Part shown: in pieces, positions 30,822-42,288 of the stretch
How the letters are laid out: each line of letters starts with the position of its first letter
How positions within the stretch are numbered: position 1 is the first letter of the stretch
Source: an uncultured Candidatus Poseidoniales archaeon
GTDB lineage: Archaea; Thermoplasmatota; Poseidoniia; Poseidoniales; Thalassarchaeaceae
NCBI GenBank assembly: GCA_902625325.1
Contig: CACOAW010000002.1
Span: 14,971 to 78,970 of the forward strand
DNA length: 64,000 nucleotides
Direction of reading: 5' to 3'
Notes under the pieces: generated by a model
What the model was told of the DNA's origin: nothing
Databases searched by the model: none
The model's input: the letters and a program-made list of their open reading frames with translations, nothing else
Translations under genes and position numbers: made by a program

Positions 30822-32905
30822 TCGTCCACCTCCATTCCATCTTTAGTTGTGAAATCACCAAACAGGCTTGTCTGCCCCTCAACCAGGGGCCGAGCCTGGG
30901 ATGCTTCACTATCCTCGGCTCTCTCTTTCAGTTGGGGGATTGTCTCTTTGGGTTGCCCCAACTCCGCCTCGGCCGCTTCCAGTGCTTCTGATTTCCTCAA
31001 TTCCTCCAGCAACTTCTCATCAATCTTGGACGCACCTATGACTTCTCCATTACCTCTGTAGAATATCTCTGCATCGCTCCATTCTCCCTTTCTCAAACCA
31101 GAAACTCCGAAGTGTATTGTCGTGGCAGTTCCCGGATTCAATGTATCCAGCCTCCATGCCCATAGTCCCTTGGCCTGCTTGGCACCGCCTAGGGGGTTAT
31201 CGGAAATTGCAGTTCCATCTCCTTCCGGCCATTTTGCTAGAATGGTGTACGCTCTTGCTCTAGCCGTGTAGTTGTATATTGTTATGGAGCAAGTGGCTAA
31301 GCCCTTCTCATCATCCCAACCCATCTCCTCTTCGCAGAAAACTGCATCCATTATTCTGGTAATTATAGGTGCTAGATCAGGCTCATCCCTAGATAGGATT
31401 TCTGAGGATTTCTTCGAGATTTCTGGGAGAATTATGTTAATCAGCTCAAATTTCTCCCTTGCTTTCTTCCTCTGGGAACTCTTCTTCAGATGGCCCTTAA
31501 GCCCTCTTCCAACCTCAAGCATGGCTAGCCTAATCTCTTCGAACACCTCTTCGTTGTCGGAAACAGCCTCCTTGGCTTCGCTGGTGAACTGGACATTAGT
31601 AGAGGCTAGATGGATTAGCACTGCTGCAGGGCCCTTTGGAATACCTTTTCCTCCGGGATGGTCTAAGCCATATCTCTTCCAGTCAACCGCCTCAAGCGCC
31701 TTCGTGAGGAGGCAACCTCCTTGTTGATACATCAGGGGGACCCTATTTGCAAATCTTAGGACCTCGATTGGTCCGTCAGCACTAAGATCTCCACCAAAGA
31801 CCAAGCCAACCTCAATCTGATACGGGTTTCCTTGAGTTACCTTCGGGTTTCTGGTAATTGTTGATGCAAACCTGGAGTCGATTGCCTTCGAAAGACCCTT
31901 TTTGATTAGGAGGTCCTCTATAGGAGAAAGACAATCCGTGGGCGGTGAGAGTAACTTCACCCTCCTGAATGCGTTGATCATTCTTTGTGCATCATCTCCG
32001 GATATCCTCTTCGGGCTCCTCCCCTCATCTAATCCGGATTGATCTAAGATTTCTCGTGCCGCCCTCATGCTGACCCCCGAGAAGTTGTGCCGCAGGAAGG
32101 ATGTCATTTTCCTCTCCTCGGCTTCTCTTAGCATCCTCTGTAGAGAACCTAGTTGAATTCCATGAGGGTGAGGCTTGATCTCGCTAACCACCCGTGGGAG
32201 CCTATCTGTGGTTCTCTGCCATTCGTCCTCTTCAATTGTGCTGCCATCCCTGTCTCGAACAATCAGTGAGATACTTGCATGAGGGTTGACAATAGAGGTC
32301 ATCCTTAGGTACTGATGGACGGATTGTCTACCTCTCTGGTACTTTGCCCTCATCTCTGTCTCTATCTTCAACCCATGAGGAACCGGCTCACTGGTTTTTT
32401 CGTCTAACCATATATCTCTATTTTCTCCTGATTTGGTTGCTTTGTTTCTGCGAGTGTCTATTCCAAGCTCCACAAAAACTGCAGAGGAATCTCTGGAAAT
32501 TTTGGAAATAACCTTCGTCTTTGATCCAGCCGTCAATTGACCGTACATCACAACTCCCGTGATTCCTATTCCTTGCTGACCCCTTGTCTGCCTAATTGCA
32601 TGGAATCTTGATCCCAGAAGGAATTTCCCGAAAACGTTCTCGATGTCTTCTCGCGGTATCCCTGGTCCGTTATCTCGGGTAATCAGCCTCAGCCTATCCC
32701 CCTTCAATCTCTGAATTTCTACTCTGATCTCTGGAAGTATCCTCGACTCTTCGCAAGCATCCAGCGAATTGTCCACAGCCTCCTTCACAGCGGTAATTAT
32801 TGATCTTTGAAGAGTATCGAATCCAAGGAAATGTTTGTTCTTCTCGAAGAACTCACTTATCGAGATCTGTTTTTGTTTGCTGGCGAGTCTTTCTGCTGGG
32901 TCCAT
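30818..32905 (-). CDS. top6B: DNA topoisomerase VI subunit B
   Basis: EAVDNSLDA, DNGPGI, RGQQGIG, RFANRVPL, FTSEAKEA. Confidence 0.96.
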   Translation of the reverse strand: MDPAERLASKQKQISISEFFEKNKHFLGFDTLQRSIITAVKEAVDNSLDACEESRILPEIRVEIQRLKGDRLRLITRDNGPGIPREDIENVFGKFLLGSRFHAIRQTRGQQGIGITGVVMYGQLTAGSKTKVISKISRDSSAVFVELGIDTRRNKATKSGENRDIWLDEKTSEPVPHGLKIETEMRAKYQRGRQSVHQYLRMTSIVNPHASISLIVRDRDGSTIEEDEWQRTTDRLPRVVSEIKPHPHGIQLGSLQRMLREAEERKMTSFLRHNFSGVSMRAAREILDQSGLDEGRSPKRISGDDAQRMINAFRRVKLLSPPTDCLSPIEDLLIKKGLSKAIDSRFASTITRNPKVTQGNPYQIEVGLVFGGDLSADGPIEVLRFANRVPLMYQQGGCLLTKALEAVDWKRYGLDHPGGKGIPKGPAAVLIHLASTNVQFTSEAKEAVSDNEEVFEEIRLAMLEVGRGLKGHLKKSSQRKKAREKFELINIILPEISKKSSEILSRDEPDLAPIITRIMDAVFCEEEMGWDDEKGLATCSITIYNYTARARAYTILAKWPEGDGTAISDNPLGGAKQAKGLWAWRLDTLNPGTATTIHFGVSGLRKGEWSDAEIFYRGNGEVIGASKIDEKLLEELRKSEALEAAEAELGQPKETIPQLKERAEDSEASQARPLVEGQTSLFGDFTTKDGMEVDE

Positions 32906-33018
32906 CTTATACCACCACCAAGTCCTCCCTTGTCCGACTGACGAGGGGCTTGCAAGGTAGCCTATGCCCGAAACGAGAACGCTATTGAACAATGCCCCAC
33001 TCCTAGGGAGAACCTGTA

Positions 33019-35016
33019 CTATTGTGAGAATATTTTAGGATGCCAAGATGTGATTTTACCTGTGAATGCGCTGGTCATTACCGTCAGAGGACTTGCAAGA
33101 TACAGCCTTCCTGGCCCAGAGCGACCCTGGAAGTTCCTATTTATCGCAGATACAGTGACTTGTTCTGGATTGTCGCTTACCCCGGGGCCTGCACCGATGC
33201 AAGCACCACAACCAGGATCGATGAGCTTGACACCAACCTTCTCGAATATCGATGTCCAACCCATCTCTAATGAGAGATCCTTCACTGACTTCGAGCCGAA
33301 TTGGATGTAGCAGTCAACTCCTTCTGCAATTACAAGGCCTTCTCTAAGTGCTGCTTCACAAACCATGGCATAGTAAGAGAAGTCATCATCCTTGCCCGCT
33401 GTGCATGAACCCGCATAGGCGATATCTATCGGAACAACTCCTAATTCGTCAATGTAGGCCCCGTTTGTAGGATCCGAAGGAACTCCTTCGTTAGGATTTC
33501 CAGGGTGCGCTACCATTGGCCGGATTTCTGATAAGTCGATCTCATGAATTCCTCCATCGTAGACCGCGCCTTCATCAGGTAGGACAAATCTACTCCTGAT
33601 ATCCTCTTCTTCCGTGTTCTCCCGTCTGGATAGAAGCCAATCGACTGTGACATCGTCTGCCTCACATATCCCGGTCTTCGCACTACACTCTGTAGCCATA
33701 TTACACAATGTTGCCCTTTCGTCCATAGATAGGCTTGCAAGTCCCGGACCGCCGAATTCCATGCTTCTATCCAGAGTATCAGACTCCGCAGCATAACGCC
33801 AGAGAATATGGAGAATCACGTCTTTAGCTGTGCAGCCTGGATCCAACTCTCCCATCAATTCGAAACGAATACTCTCTGGGACCTTGACAAACGCGAATTG
33901 ATTGTGAATAAGGTTAGCATATTCGGTAGAACCCACTCCATACGCCAGTGCGTTAGAAGCGCCTCCCATGCAAGTGTGCGAATCAGTCGCTTGGATAAAG
34001 TCGCCAACGTCGATGAACTCTTCTCTCGCAACTTGGTGGCATATTCCTGGGCTCACCCCATCCTTAGCCGAATAGTCCCTGACTCCGGTGTATTCCTGGA
34101 ATAAATTCTGCATATCCCTTAGGGTCTGTATCTTGTCAGTGAATTTTCCAAATCTTGGAACGCCAGTAGCGTAAAGCAGATGATCCTCAAAAACAGCGAA
34201 TTTGGAGGGATTTGGAATCCTGTAGTCGTCTCCGTATTCCTCTCCGAGGAATGTATGCACCTGAGCAGTAGTGAACTCGTGAGAATAGCCTCCATCGACC
34301 TGTGCTAGAACAGCATCTCCGGGTTTCACGAATTTTTTCGTCTTATCGTCCCCCAGTAGTTTGTTTGACACTAATTTCTCTATCATCGTCATCGGGCGAT
34401 CTTTAGTGTCAAAATCTGGGAGAGTAACCTCTCCCTCCTTCATCCTCTTAGCGAATGGCAATATCCCCCCGTTCTCCAGAATCAATCTACTCACCGGGTC
34501 GTACTTCTCCGTAAACTCAGTCAGAGGTATACTTTCGCCGTCCTGAAGCCTACTTAGGATCGAGTGATCCCCCATAAGTTGCCCAAGATTCAGGTTGTTT
34601 CGTTCATGAATTGGTGCAAATGAGGCCGCAATCACGATTCTGATTCCCGACCACCTCTCACACTGAGGCGCCGTCTCTCTGCTTGATCCAGTACCCTTCC
34701 TATGTCCGGAGACGATTACTTCGAAGCCACCGTCAATCAAAGCTCTGGGCTCGAACACCCTTCGACCATCGTGTAGTAGACCAGCATATGCATTTTCAGC
34801 TATGGTTGCGGGGTCGTAATCAAAGCACACCCAAGCCGGAGTCATAACATCTGTGTTGATGTCATCAAGAAGATCGTCGACCGATAAATCTTCCATCCGC
34901 AGGTCCAATCCTTCGTACAGTTGCTTCCGAATCAACTCCAGATCCTTTGTTAGGAACAGAACTCTCTTTCCTGGAGTGAGGCCTACCCTTTCTGGCGGCC
35001 ACATTACTTCAGACAT
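33019..35016 (-). CDS. Aconitase-family hydro-lyase, swivel (LeuD-like) domain fused N-terminal to LeuC-like Fe-S domain
   Basis: INTDVMTP and GTGSSRE, then GICHQ, DSHT, GSCT, GCGACIG, NRNFQGR, YLASP. Confidence 0.88.
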   Translation of the reverse strand: MSEVMWPPERVGLTPGKRVLFLTKDLELIRKQLYEGLDLRMEDLSVDDLLDDINTDVMTPAWVCFDYDPATIAENAYAGLLHDGRRVFEPRALIDGGFEVIVSGHRKGTGSSRETAPQCERWSGIRIVIAASFAPIHERNNLNLGQLMGDHSILSRLQDGESIPLTEFTEKYDPVSRLILENGGILPFAKRMKEGEVTLPDFDTKDRPMTMIEKLVSNKLLGDDKTKKFVKPGDAVLAQVDGGYSHEFTTAQVHTFLGEEYGDDYRIPNPSKFAVFEDHLLYATGVPRFGKFTDKIQTLRDMQNLFQEYTGVRDYSAKDGVSPGICHQVAREEFIDVGDFIQATDSHTCMGGASNALAYGVGSTEYANLIHNQFAFVKVPESIRFELMGELDPGCTAKDVILHILWRYAAESDTLDRSMEFGGPGLASLSMDERATLCNMATECSAKTGICEADDVTVDWLLSRRENTEEEDIRSRFVLPDEGAVYDGGIHEIDLSEIRPMVAHPGNPNEGVPSDPTNGAYIDELGVVPIDIAYAGSCTAGKDDDFSYYAMVCEAALREGLVIAEGVDCYIQFGSKSVKDLSLEMGWTSIFEKVGVKLIDPGCGACIGAGPGVSDNPEQVTVSAINRNFQGRSGPGRLYLASPLTVMTSAFTGKITSWHPKIFSQ

Positions 35017-35110
35017 CGTTCCCCTCATACATGCCAGTGAACGTTCGTATTTCACGATTCTCGATGATTAGTTATGTCTAAACTTGCTTCAGAGGAGAGT
35101 ACATTAGAAA

Positions 35111-35174
35111 TATTATAACTTTAAATAAGATGTCTTTTGCGAATTTAATACCTTTTGTTGAAAAGGGGGTGAGG
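35111..35174 (+). promoter_or_regulatory. Canonical TATA-type promoter and Shine-Dalgarno of tfb
   Basis: AT-rich tract with TTTAAATA at 35120-35127; GGGGTGAGG ending 35174 before ATG 35180. Confidence 0.65.
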
Positions 35175-35179
35175 ATGTA

Positions 35180-36103
35180 ATGTCATACCTTGTTGAAGAC
35201 ACCGTGAAATGCGATGAATGTGGAAGCCGAAATCTGAGTAAAGACGAATCCAGAGGAGAAGTGGTCTGCGATGACTGTGGTCTGGTGCTGGAAGACAAGG
35301 TAATTGATCAGGGCGCTGAGTGGCGTGTGTTCAGTCCCGAACAGGGAGATCAACGAGCAAGAACCGGTGCCCCCATGACAGTCATGCTACATGACAAGGG
35401 ACTTTCCACGGACATCGACTGGCAAAATAAGGACTACTCCGGTAAGTCGATTTCTAGTAGGTACCGAAGCCAATTCTACAGAATGAGGAAATGGCAGAAG
35501 CGCTCTCGAGTTAGCAATGCCACGGAGCGAAACAAGGCCATGGCACTGGCGGAGCTGGACAGGATGGCAAGCAGGCTCGACCTTCCTAAGACCATAAGAG
35601 AGACCGCTGCAGTGACTTACGGAAAAGCAGTCGATGCAAGGCTCATCCGCGGTAGGTCGATTGAGGGAGTCGCAGCCGCGAGCCTATATGCCGCATGCAG
35701 GATCTGTGAGAATCCGCGCACTCTGGATGAGATTGGGGAGGCTAGCAGAACCGGTAGAAAGGAGATTGGTCGTACCTATCGATTCATGGTCAGGGAACTG
35801 AGGATGAAGATACCACCAACCAAGCCTGAGGACTATATCCCCAGATTCTGTTCGGGGCTTGACCTGGATGCAGAAGTGCAGGCCAAGGCCTACGAGTTGA
35901 TTGCAGCTGCACAGGAAAAGGAACTGACCAGTGGGAGGGGGCCAACTGGTATCGCTGCATCAATCATCTACATCGCTAGCGTTCTTTGTGGGAAGAGAAG
36001 GACCCAGAGAGAGGTTGCTGAGGTGGCAGGGGTAACTGAAGTTACAATCAGAAACAGGTACAAAGAACTAATTCAGAATCTGAACATAGAACTTGAGATT
36101 TGA
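35180..36103 (+). CDS. tfb: Transcription initiation factor B
   Basis: Zn ribbon CDEC..CDDC, EWRVF, HDKGLST, two cyclin repeats, [12 protein letters not shown]. Confidence 0.98.
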   Translation: MSYLVEDTVKCDECGSRNLSKDESRGEVVCDDCGLVLEDKVIDQGAEWRVFSPEQGDQRARTGAPMTVMLHDKGLSTDIDWQNKDYSGKSISSRYRSQFYRMRKWQKRSRVSNATERNKAMALAELDRMASRLDLPKTIRETAAVTYGKAVDARLIRGRSIEGVAAASLYAACRICENPRTLDEIGEASRTGRKEIGRTYRFMVRELRMKIPPTKPEDYIPRFCSGLDLDAEVQAKAYELIAAAQEKELTSGRGPTGIAASIIYIASVLCGKRRTQREVAEVAGVTEVTIRNRYKELIQNLNIELEI

Positions 36104-36111
36104 TTTCTCAA

Positions 36112-39100
36112 TCATGAGCATCCGGTTGTAGAACCACACTCATTGCATTTCAGACAGGTGCCGTTTCTGACCATCTGGCTACCCCCGCAGTCTTCACAGA
36201 TGTCACCAGTGAAACCTCTCTCCCTCGCAGCCTGCCTGGTCCTCGCATCCACATCTCCCACTGCTGCTTCTAGGGTCATCTGAACCTCTCGCCTCTCGCC
36301 CCGGCTCCGAGACAGTCCCTGTTCAGTCACCTCTGGTTTGCTGATGGAGAATGGGTTCAGGTCCTCCTCATTCAGAGGAACATGAGCTAGGTCGTCCCTG
36401 CCGGCATACTCGATTGCGAGCTCGCGGAAGACCCAGTCGATGATGCTGGATGACATCTTCACACGTCCACTGCCTCCCTCAATCATACCGCTTGGCTCAA
36501 ACTTGGTGAATGTGAATGACTTCACGAATGCATCAATGGGTACTCCGTGCTGTAAACCGATAGACACCGCGATAGCAAATTGGGATAGTAGGGCTCTCCA
36601 AGCAGCGCCTTCCTTGGAGGTAAGCAGGAAGATCTCGCCGAGCTTGCCGTCTTCGTATTCTCCTGTGATGAGACGTACGCTGTGACCGCCCACTCTGGCC
36701 TTGAAGTTCGCCCCCCTCTTTCTGTGGGGGAGAGGCCTCTTTGATGCGATGTAATTCTCAACAAGCGCCTTCGCAACAGGCATCGCCACCGGCTCTGGAA
36801 GTGGTAGCGCGCTCGCGGCCTCCTCCACCATCTTCTCGACAACAGTCTCCTCCTCATCCTCCTCTTCCAGGTCCATGGAGTCCACTAACTGACTCATCAA
36901 GGGCTGTGAAAGCTTGCTCCCATCTCTGTAAACGGCACAGGCTTTGTTCATTGTGGCGTAGCTAAGGTTGTATGCTTCTCTAACGTCCTCTATCGAGCAG
37001 TCGGATGGCATGTTAATCGTCTTTGAAATCGCTCCCGAAATGAAGGGCTGCGCGGCAGCCATCATGTTTACGTGACCCGAAGGAGCAATGGAACGGACTC
37101 CAGCTCCCGATGGCTGAGCACAGTCAAAAATCGGTAGATGCTCGTCTTTCAGACCTGGAGCTCCTTCAATGGTGTTCCGACCAATAATCTCCGTGTTTGC
37201 GACCTCAATTTCTTCGTTTGTCATGCCAATGTGGGAGAGAGTGTCGAACCATGGGTTGCTGCACTTTTCCTTGCCGTCCTCGTCCAAGTAAAAATCGTCC
37301 TCTGTCAATCCGAGATTCTTGACACAGAATTCCTTTCCGAGAATGTCGGGTGAGAATGCATTCCTAACATGGAATACTTTTGGCAGCTCAGATTCAATTT
37401 CAGACAATTTTTCGGAGGTCATTCCAGCGTTGTTTAGTAGCTCATGAGGTATTGATGGACTCAGTCTGCCGGTTCCCACGACATACTCCTCTATCCCTTT
37501 CGCTTCTGACTTTGAGTAACCAAGTCTGGACAAAGCGCTTGGCAGTCCTTGGTTGATGATTCTCAGAGATCCACCTCCTGCAAGTTGCTTGTACTGTACC
37601 ATGGAGAACTGCGGCTCGATTCCTGTGGTATCCGCGCCCATTACGAGACCGATTGTTCCCGTAGGAGCAATTACCGTCGTCTGGGCATTCCTGAAACCAT
37701 GTTCTTCACCCTCCATTACTGCCCGATCCCAACAGCTTCTAGCAGCTTCTAGCAGATCCTTGGGACACTTCTTGGAGTCTATTCCCATTGGTAACACTGT
37801 TATCCCTTCGTATTCTTCAGCAGGAGCGTTGTACGCAGCTCTTCGATGGTTCCTCATCACGCGCAGCATATCATCAGAATTACGTTCGTAATCCGGAAAG
37901 GGGCCGAGGTATGAGGCCATTTCTGCACTGGTGGCATATGATTCCCCGCACATTATGGCTGTTATAGCCCCACATATTGAGAAGGCCCTCTCGTCATCAT
38001 ACGGGATTCCCATGTGAGTTAGAAGAGACCCGATATTGCAGTAACCAAGTCCAAGAGTTCTGTAATCATAGGAGCCCTTTGCTATTGACTCAGAAGGGAA
38101 CTGTGCCATTAGGACACTGATTTCTAATGTAGCAGTCCATACTCTGACACTGTGTTTGAAGTCTTCAACCTGGAAGGTATGGCTATCTAGATCGTAATAA
38201 TGTAGCAGGTTAATACTCGCTAGATTACAAGCAGTGTCATCTAGGAACATGTATTCAGAACACGGGTTTGATCCATTGATTCTACCTGCTTGGGGGCAAG
38301 TGTGCCATTCGTTTATTGTGGTGTCGAACTGTACTCCAGGGTCCGCACAAGCCCATGCTGTGTAGGCAACTTTGTCCCACAGCGCCTTGGCATCCACAGT
38401 TCTACAGGGAACAGCATCCCTTCCTTCGTCCGCAGCAGCGTCCCTTTCCGTCCTAAAGTAGAGGTTCCACTCATCCCCAGATTGAACGGCATCCATGAAT
38501 GAATTAGGGACTCTGACAGAATTGTTGCTGTTTTGTCCGGATACCGTCGCGTAGGATTCGCCTTGCCAATCAGTGTCTAAGACTTCGAATTCCATACCTT
38601 TCCAACCTTGTTCGGCCAGATCGACAATCCTTTTGATGTGAGCTTGCGGAACACTGTCATGGATGGCCTTGACCATAGCTTTCCTGAGTCCAAGGTTCGT
38701 TTTCTGATTGAACCTACCCTCATCACTATCAAATGACCAAATAGACTCCATAATGGAGTCAGCGTGCTTCTGTAGGATTGTACTTCCGATTACTAGTGCT
38801 GAGACTTTATCCTCTTCGGAGGGCTTCCAGTCTATGTATTCCTCAATATCTGGGTGGTCCATGTCGAGAGTGACCATTTTTGCCGCTCTCCTGGTAGTTC
38901 CTCCGGATTTTATTGCTCCAGCAGCCCTATCACCAATCTTCAGGAAAGACAAGAGTCCACTGGATGTCCCTCCTCCTGAAAGCGGCTCCCCTTTCCCTCT
39001 TATGTTAGAAAAGTTGGATCCGGTGCCGGATCCATACTTGAATAGAAGCGCCTCTCTGTTCCAGAGGCCCATGATTGAGTCTGCACCCCCCACCAGTGAA

Positions 39101-39768
39101 TCAGATACTGACTGAATGAAACAAGCATGAGGCTGAGGGTGCTCATATGCATTGGTAGATTTTTCTAAGTCACCTGTATCTGGGTCTACGTAGCTATGGC
39201 CTTGAGCCGGGCCTTCGATTCCATATGCCCAATGCAACCCTGTGTTGAACCACTGGGGGCTGTTAGGTGCAGATCTCTGACTTGCAATCAGATAGCACAT
39301 CTCATCGAAGTACGCGCGGGCATCAGCCTCGCTTGCGAAGTATCCGTACTTCCAGCCCCAGTAGGTCCAGGTCCCTGCGAGCCGACGGAAGAGCTGTCTT
39401 CCGTCAATCTCACCACCCATTCTTTCAGCGGCATCCACAGTCTGAAGCCGCTCGTGATCTGGCTCACTTCGCTGTAGCCAGACTGGAACGTCGTCCTCGG
39501 GAACGTTTCGAAGATACTTCGGAACCCCCGCCTTGCGGAGATACTTCTGAGCACAGACCGTCCCTGGTACACCAGAGAACCCTGCAGGCAATTTCACGCC
39601 TTCTAATGAATCGGCCATAGACCCGTCTGGATTCCTAATCTGCACGTCCATCTCAATCCATTCGAACGACTCGAACGGATCCTGCCCTGCAGATGTGAAC
39701 CGTCGCTCGACGACCAAACCGCTCTCAGACTCTGCATTGCTCTCAGATGACTTAATTTTCGTCTGCAT
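36112..39768 (-). CDS. nrdJ: Adenosylcobalamin-dependent class II ribonucleotide reductase
   Basis: NSPQWFN, HACFI, SNPCSE, ACNLAS, APTGTI, GAISKTIN, C-terminal Zn ribbon; no intein seen. Confidence 0.95.
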   Translation of the reverse strand: MQTKIKSSESNAESESGLVVERRFTSAGQDPFESFEWIEMDVQIRNPDGSMADSLEGVKLPAGFSGVPGTVCAQKYLRKAGVPKYLRNVPEDDVPVWLQRSEPDHERLQTVDAAERMGGEIDGRQLFRRLAGTWTYWGWKYGYFASEADARAYFDEMCYLIASQRSAPNSPQWFNTGLHWAYGIEGPAQGHSYVDPDTGDLEKSTNAYEHPQPHACFIQSVSDSLVGGADSIMGLWNREALLFKYGSGTGSNFSNIRGKGEPLSGGGTSSGLLSFLKIGDRAAGAIKSGGTTRRAAKMVTLDMDHPDIEEYIDWKPSEEDKVSALVIGSTILQKHADSIMESIWSFDSDEGRFNQKTNLGLRKAMVKAIHDSVPQAHIKRIVDLAEQGWKGMEFEVLDTDWQGESYATVSGQNSNNSVRVPNSFMDAVQSGDEWNLYFRTERDAAADEGRDAVPCRTVDAKALWDKVAYTAWACADPGVQFDTTINEWHTCPQAGRINGSNPCSEYMFLDDTACNLASINLLHYYDLDSHTFQVEDFKHSVRVWTATLEISVLMAQFPSESIAKGSYDYRTLGLGYCNIGSLLTHMGIPYDDERAFSICGAITAIMCGESYATSAEMASYLGPFPDYERNSDDMLRVMRNHRRAAYNAPAEEYEGITVLPMGIDSKKCPKDLLEAARSCWDRAVMEGEEHGFRNAQTTVIAPTGTIGLVMGADTTGIEPQFSMVQYKQLAGGGSLRIINQGLPSALSRLGYSKSEAKGIEEYVVGTGRLSPSIPHELLNNAGMTSEKLSEIESELPKVFHVRNAFSPDILGKEFCVKNLGLTEDDFYLDEDGKEKCSNPWFDTLSHIGMTNEEIEVANTEIIGRNTIEGAPGLKDEHLPIFDCAQPSGAGVRSIAPSGHVNMMAAAQPFISGAISKTINMPSDCSIEDVREAYNLSYATMNKACAVYRDGSKLSQPLMSQLVDSMDLEEEDEEETVVEKMVEEAASALPLPEPVAMPVAKALVENYIASKRPLPHRKRGANFKARVGGHSVRLITGEYEDGKLGEIFLLTSKEGAAWRALLSQFAIAVSIGLQHGVPIDAFVKSFTFTKFEPSGMIEGGSGRVKMSSSIIDWVFRELAIEYAGRDDLAHVPLNEEDLNPFSISKPEVTEQGLSRSRGERREVQMTLEAAVGDVDARTRQAARERGFTGDICEDCGGSQMVRNGTCLKCNECGSTTGCS

Positions 39769-39929
39769 TGTATCTTCCTCCCATATTGCTAGGCTGAGAA
39801 TGCTCCCGGCCGCGCAAGGGATTTGCTCTTCCGGATGGGGGGTGTTTAATGATTAGGTTAGAACTTCACACAAGGCGGTCCGTTTTCGCGAAAAAATTGA
39901 CAATTCCATTTTCTCTAGTGGATTGAATC

Positions 39930-40322
39930 TCAGGAATTCATTTCAAGAGACCACACCAATTCAGTACCAGATCGCGTGATCATTATTCCAACACTACAGT
40001 GCTTTTCGTGGCTACTTTCGATCAGCCTCCTCACCAATTCCTCCGGTACGTCGCCTTTCACAATGTACCTCATTCTTACGGTGGTGAATACCTTAGGTGA
40101 CTCATCTGCTCTATCCCCTTCGATTTCAACCTTGATGAACTCGAGATTTTCCTTCCTGTGTTTCAGGCCGTCGATAACGTCTATCAGAGAACAGGCAGCA
40201 TGACCGTGAAGTACCATTTCCATCGGACTGGGTGATTCTGAATCGTAAATACCGAATGTTTTGCCTCCGCCGGTAGTTCCGGTATAGCCAGTAGATTCGG
40301 TCCACACTACTTCTCCATTCAT
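39930..40322 (-). CDS. OsmC family protein
   Basis: SPMEMVL..AACS and KHCSV; two conserved Cys. Confidence 0.88.
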   Translation of the reverse strand: MNGEVVWTESTGYTGTTGGGKTFGIYDSESPSPMEMVLHGHAACSLIDVIDGLKHRKENLEFIKVEIEGDRADESPKVFTTVRMRYIVKGDVPEELVRRLIESSHEKHCSVGIMITRSGTELVWSLEMNS

Positions 40323-40397
40323 ACTCCTCCGAATCAATGCACCCCCTTGAAGGGTTGGCTTCATCTATCACTTTCTAGTCCGAGCAGATTGGTAGAC

Positions 40398-41627
40398 ATG
40401 TCAGAGGGAGAACAAATATCAATTTCTAATGGGGAATTAGAGGTCCCCAGCAACCCCGTGATTCATTTTATTGAAGGGGATGGAATCGGCGTAGATATTA
40501 CCCCGGTGATGATCGACGTCGTTGATACTTCAGTCGAATTAGCATATTCTGGAGATAGGAAGATACACTGGAGAGAAGTACTAGCCGGACAGAAAGCATT
40601 CGATTCCACTGGGGACTGGCTTCCCGAGGAAACCAAGAAGTCATTGAAGGAGAGCCTTATTTCTATCAAAGGCCCATTAACCACTCCAGTTGGAGGTGGG
40701 ATTAGGAGCTTAAACGTGGCACTTAGACAGCAATTGGATCTATTCGCATGTGTTAGGCCAGTAAGGTGGTTTGACGGAACTCCCAGTCCGGTTAAGGACC
40801 CAGGCTCGGTTGACATGGTTATATTCAGGGAAAATAGCGAAGATGTCTACGCTGGGATTGAGTGGGAGGCAGGCAGTCCAGGGGTTGAAAAGGTCATAGA
40901 TTTCCTTCAGAACGAGATGGGTGTTGACAAAATTCGATTTCCCGACACATCTGGTTTGGGAATCAAGCCCATTAGTGAACAAGGAACTTCTAGGATAGTC
41001 AGAGCCGCGATCAACTATGCAATAGAAAACGACAGGGACAGCGTCACACTGGTGCACAAAGGCAACATCATGAAATTCACTGAGGGAGGTTTCAGGGATT
41101 GGGGATATGATATCGCGAAGACGGAGTTTGGTGCATCCGAGATCGATGGAGGGCCATGGTGCTCTTTTCCAAACCCGAATACAGGTACTGAGATAGTCGT
41201 AAAGGACGTTATCGCGGATGCGATGCTTCAACAGATTTTGACTAGACCTAGAGAATATGAGGTATTGGCTACTATGAATCTGAATGGTGACTACATCTCA
41301 GATGCACTAGCTGCACAAGTGGGGGGAATCGGTATTGCTCCCGGTGCGAACATCAACTATGACACGGGTGTAGCAATTTTCGAGGCCACTCACGGCACGG
41401 CTCCTAAGTATGCGGGACAGAACAAGGTTAACCCTGGAAGCTTGATTTTGTCTGCAGAGATGATGCTCAGGCACATGGGTTGGACAGAATCAGCAGATTT
41501 GATTGTAAAGGGCATGGAGGGCGCTATTTCCTCTAAGAAAGTGACATATGATTTTGAGAGACTAATGGAAAACGCCACCCTCCTTTCCTGTTCAGATTTC
41601 GGTCGGGCAATCGTCTCTCACATGTAG
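40398..41627 (+). CDS. icd: Isocitrate dehydrogenase (E. coli-type, NADP-like)
   Basis: [41 protein letters not shown]. Confidence 0.96.
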   Translation: MSEGEQISISNGELEVPSNPVIHFIEGDGIGVDITPVMIDVVDTSVELAYSGDRKIHWREVLAGQKAFDSTGDWLPEETKKSLKESLISIKGPLTTPVGGGIRSLNVALRQQLDLFACVRPVRWFDGTPSPVKDPGSVDMVIFRENSEDVYAGIEWEAGSPGVEKVIDFLQNEMGVDKIRFPDTSGLGIKPISEQGTSRIVRAAINYAIENDRDSVTLVHKGNIMKFTEGGFRDWGYDIAKTEFGASEIDGGPWCSFPNPNTGTEIVVKDVIADAMLQQILTRPREYEVLATMNLNGDYISDALAAQVGGIGIAPGANINYDTGVAIFEATHGTAPKYAGQNKVNPGSLILSAEMMLRHMGWTESADLIVKGMEGAISSKKVTYDFERLMENATLLSCSDFGRAIVSHM

Positions 41628-41637
41628 GTCTTGGAAA

Positions 41638-42288
41638 ATGGATGAAGCAAGAGAGAGGATGCTTGAGATTTATTCAACTTCAGAGAATTCTCGTGACCCG
41701 CTATCCTGGTTCGAGGAGCTCTACTGTACCTCTCGAAGAGACAGGAGACTGATTCCTTGGGATTGGAGGGAACCCCACCCTTTCCTAGTTCAGTGGATAG
41801 AAGAAAATCAGCACACCGGGCGCGCTCTCGTTGTTGGCTCTGGTCTGGGGGAGGACGCAGCATTCCTACATGACAAAGGATGGAAGGTTACAGCGTTCGA
41901 TGTATCCGATTCAGCAGTGGAATGGGCAAGTCAATTGCACAAGGGGAAAGAGATTGATTGGTTGGTTGGAGACCTTGTTCAACCAGAAGACAGGTGGAAG
42001 GAGGCCTTCGATCTGGTCCTTGAGGTACATATTCTACAAGCAATCCCCGAAGAAATCAGAAACAGCGCCTGCAGGAACCTATCTCCGCTTCTTGATAGGC
42101 ACGGCCTCCTGATGTGCATAGGAAGGTTGGCAAACGGTCGAGAAGAGAAGAATGATGTTCCGCCCTGGCCGTTGTCTAGAGACTTCATACGCCAAATCGG
42201 AGAGGGACTATCGGAAGTAGAGTTCCATACTGCTGTGGTTCCAGACAAGGAGGAAATTAGGTACAGAGCAGTCTGGAAAAGGGACTGA
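41638..42288 (+). CDS. Class I SAM-dependent methyltransferase (TPMT/TehB-like)
   Basis: IPW, ALVVGSGLGED, AFDVS, PPWPL. Confidence 0.85.
   Translation: MDEARERMLEIYSTSENSRDPLSWFEELYCTSRRDRRLIPWDWREPHPFLVQWIEENQHTGRALVVGSGLGEDAAFLHDKGWKVTAFDVSDSAVEWASQLHKGKEIDWLVGDLVQPEDRWKEAFDLVLEVHILQAIPEEIRNSACRNLSPLLDRHGLLMCIGRLANGREEKNDVPPWPLSRDFIRQIGEGLSEVEFHTAVVPDKEEIRYRAVWKRD

Noticed and set aside
36270-36290. QMTLEAA in NrdJ as a PIP box
   Set aside because: Lacks the aromatic residue; too weak
39769-39929. Cobalamin riboswitch upstream of nrdJ
   Set aside because: No B12-box consensus recognised; an Rfam cmscan would be decisive
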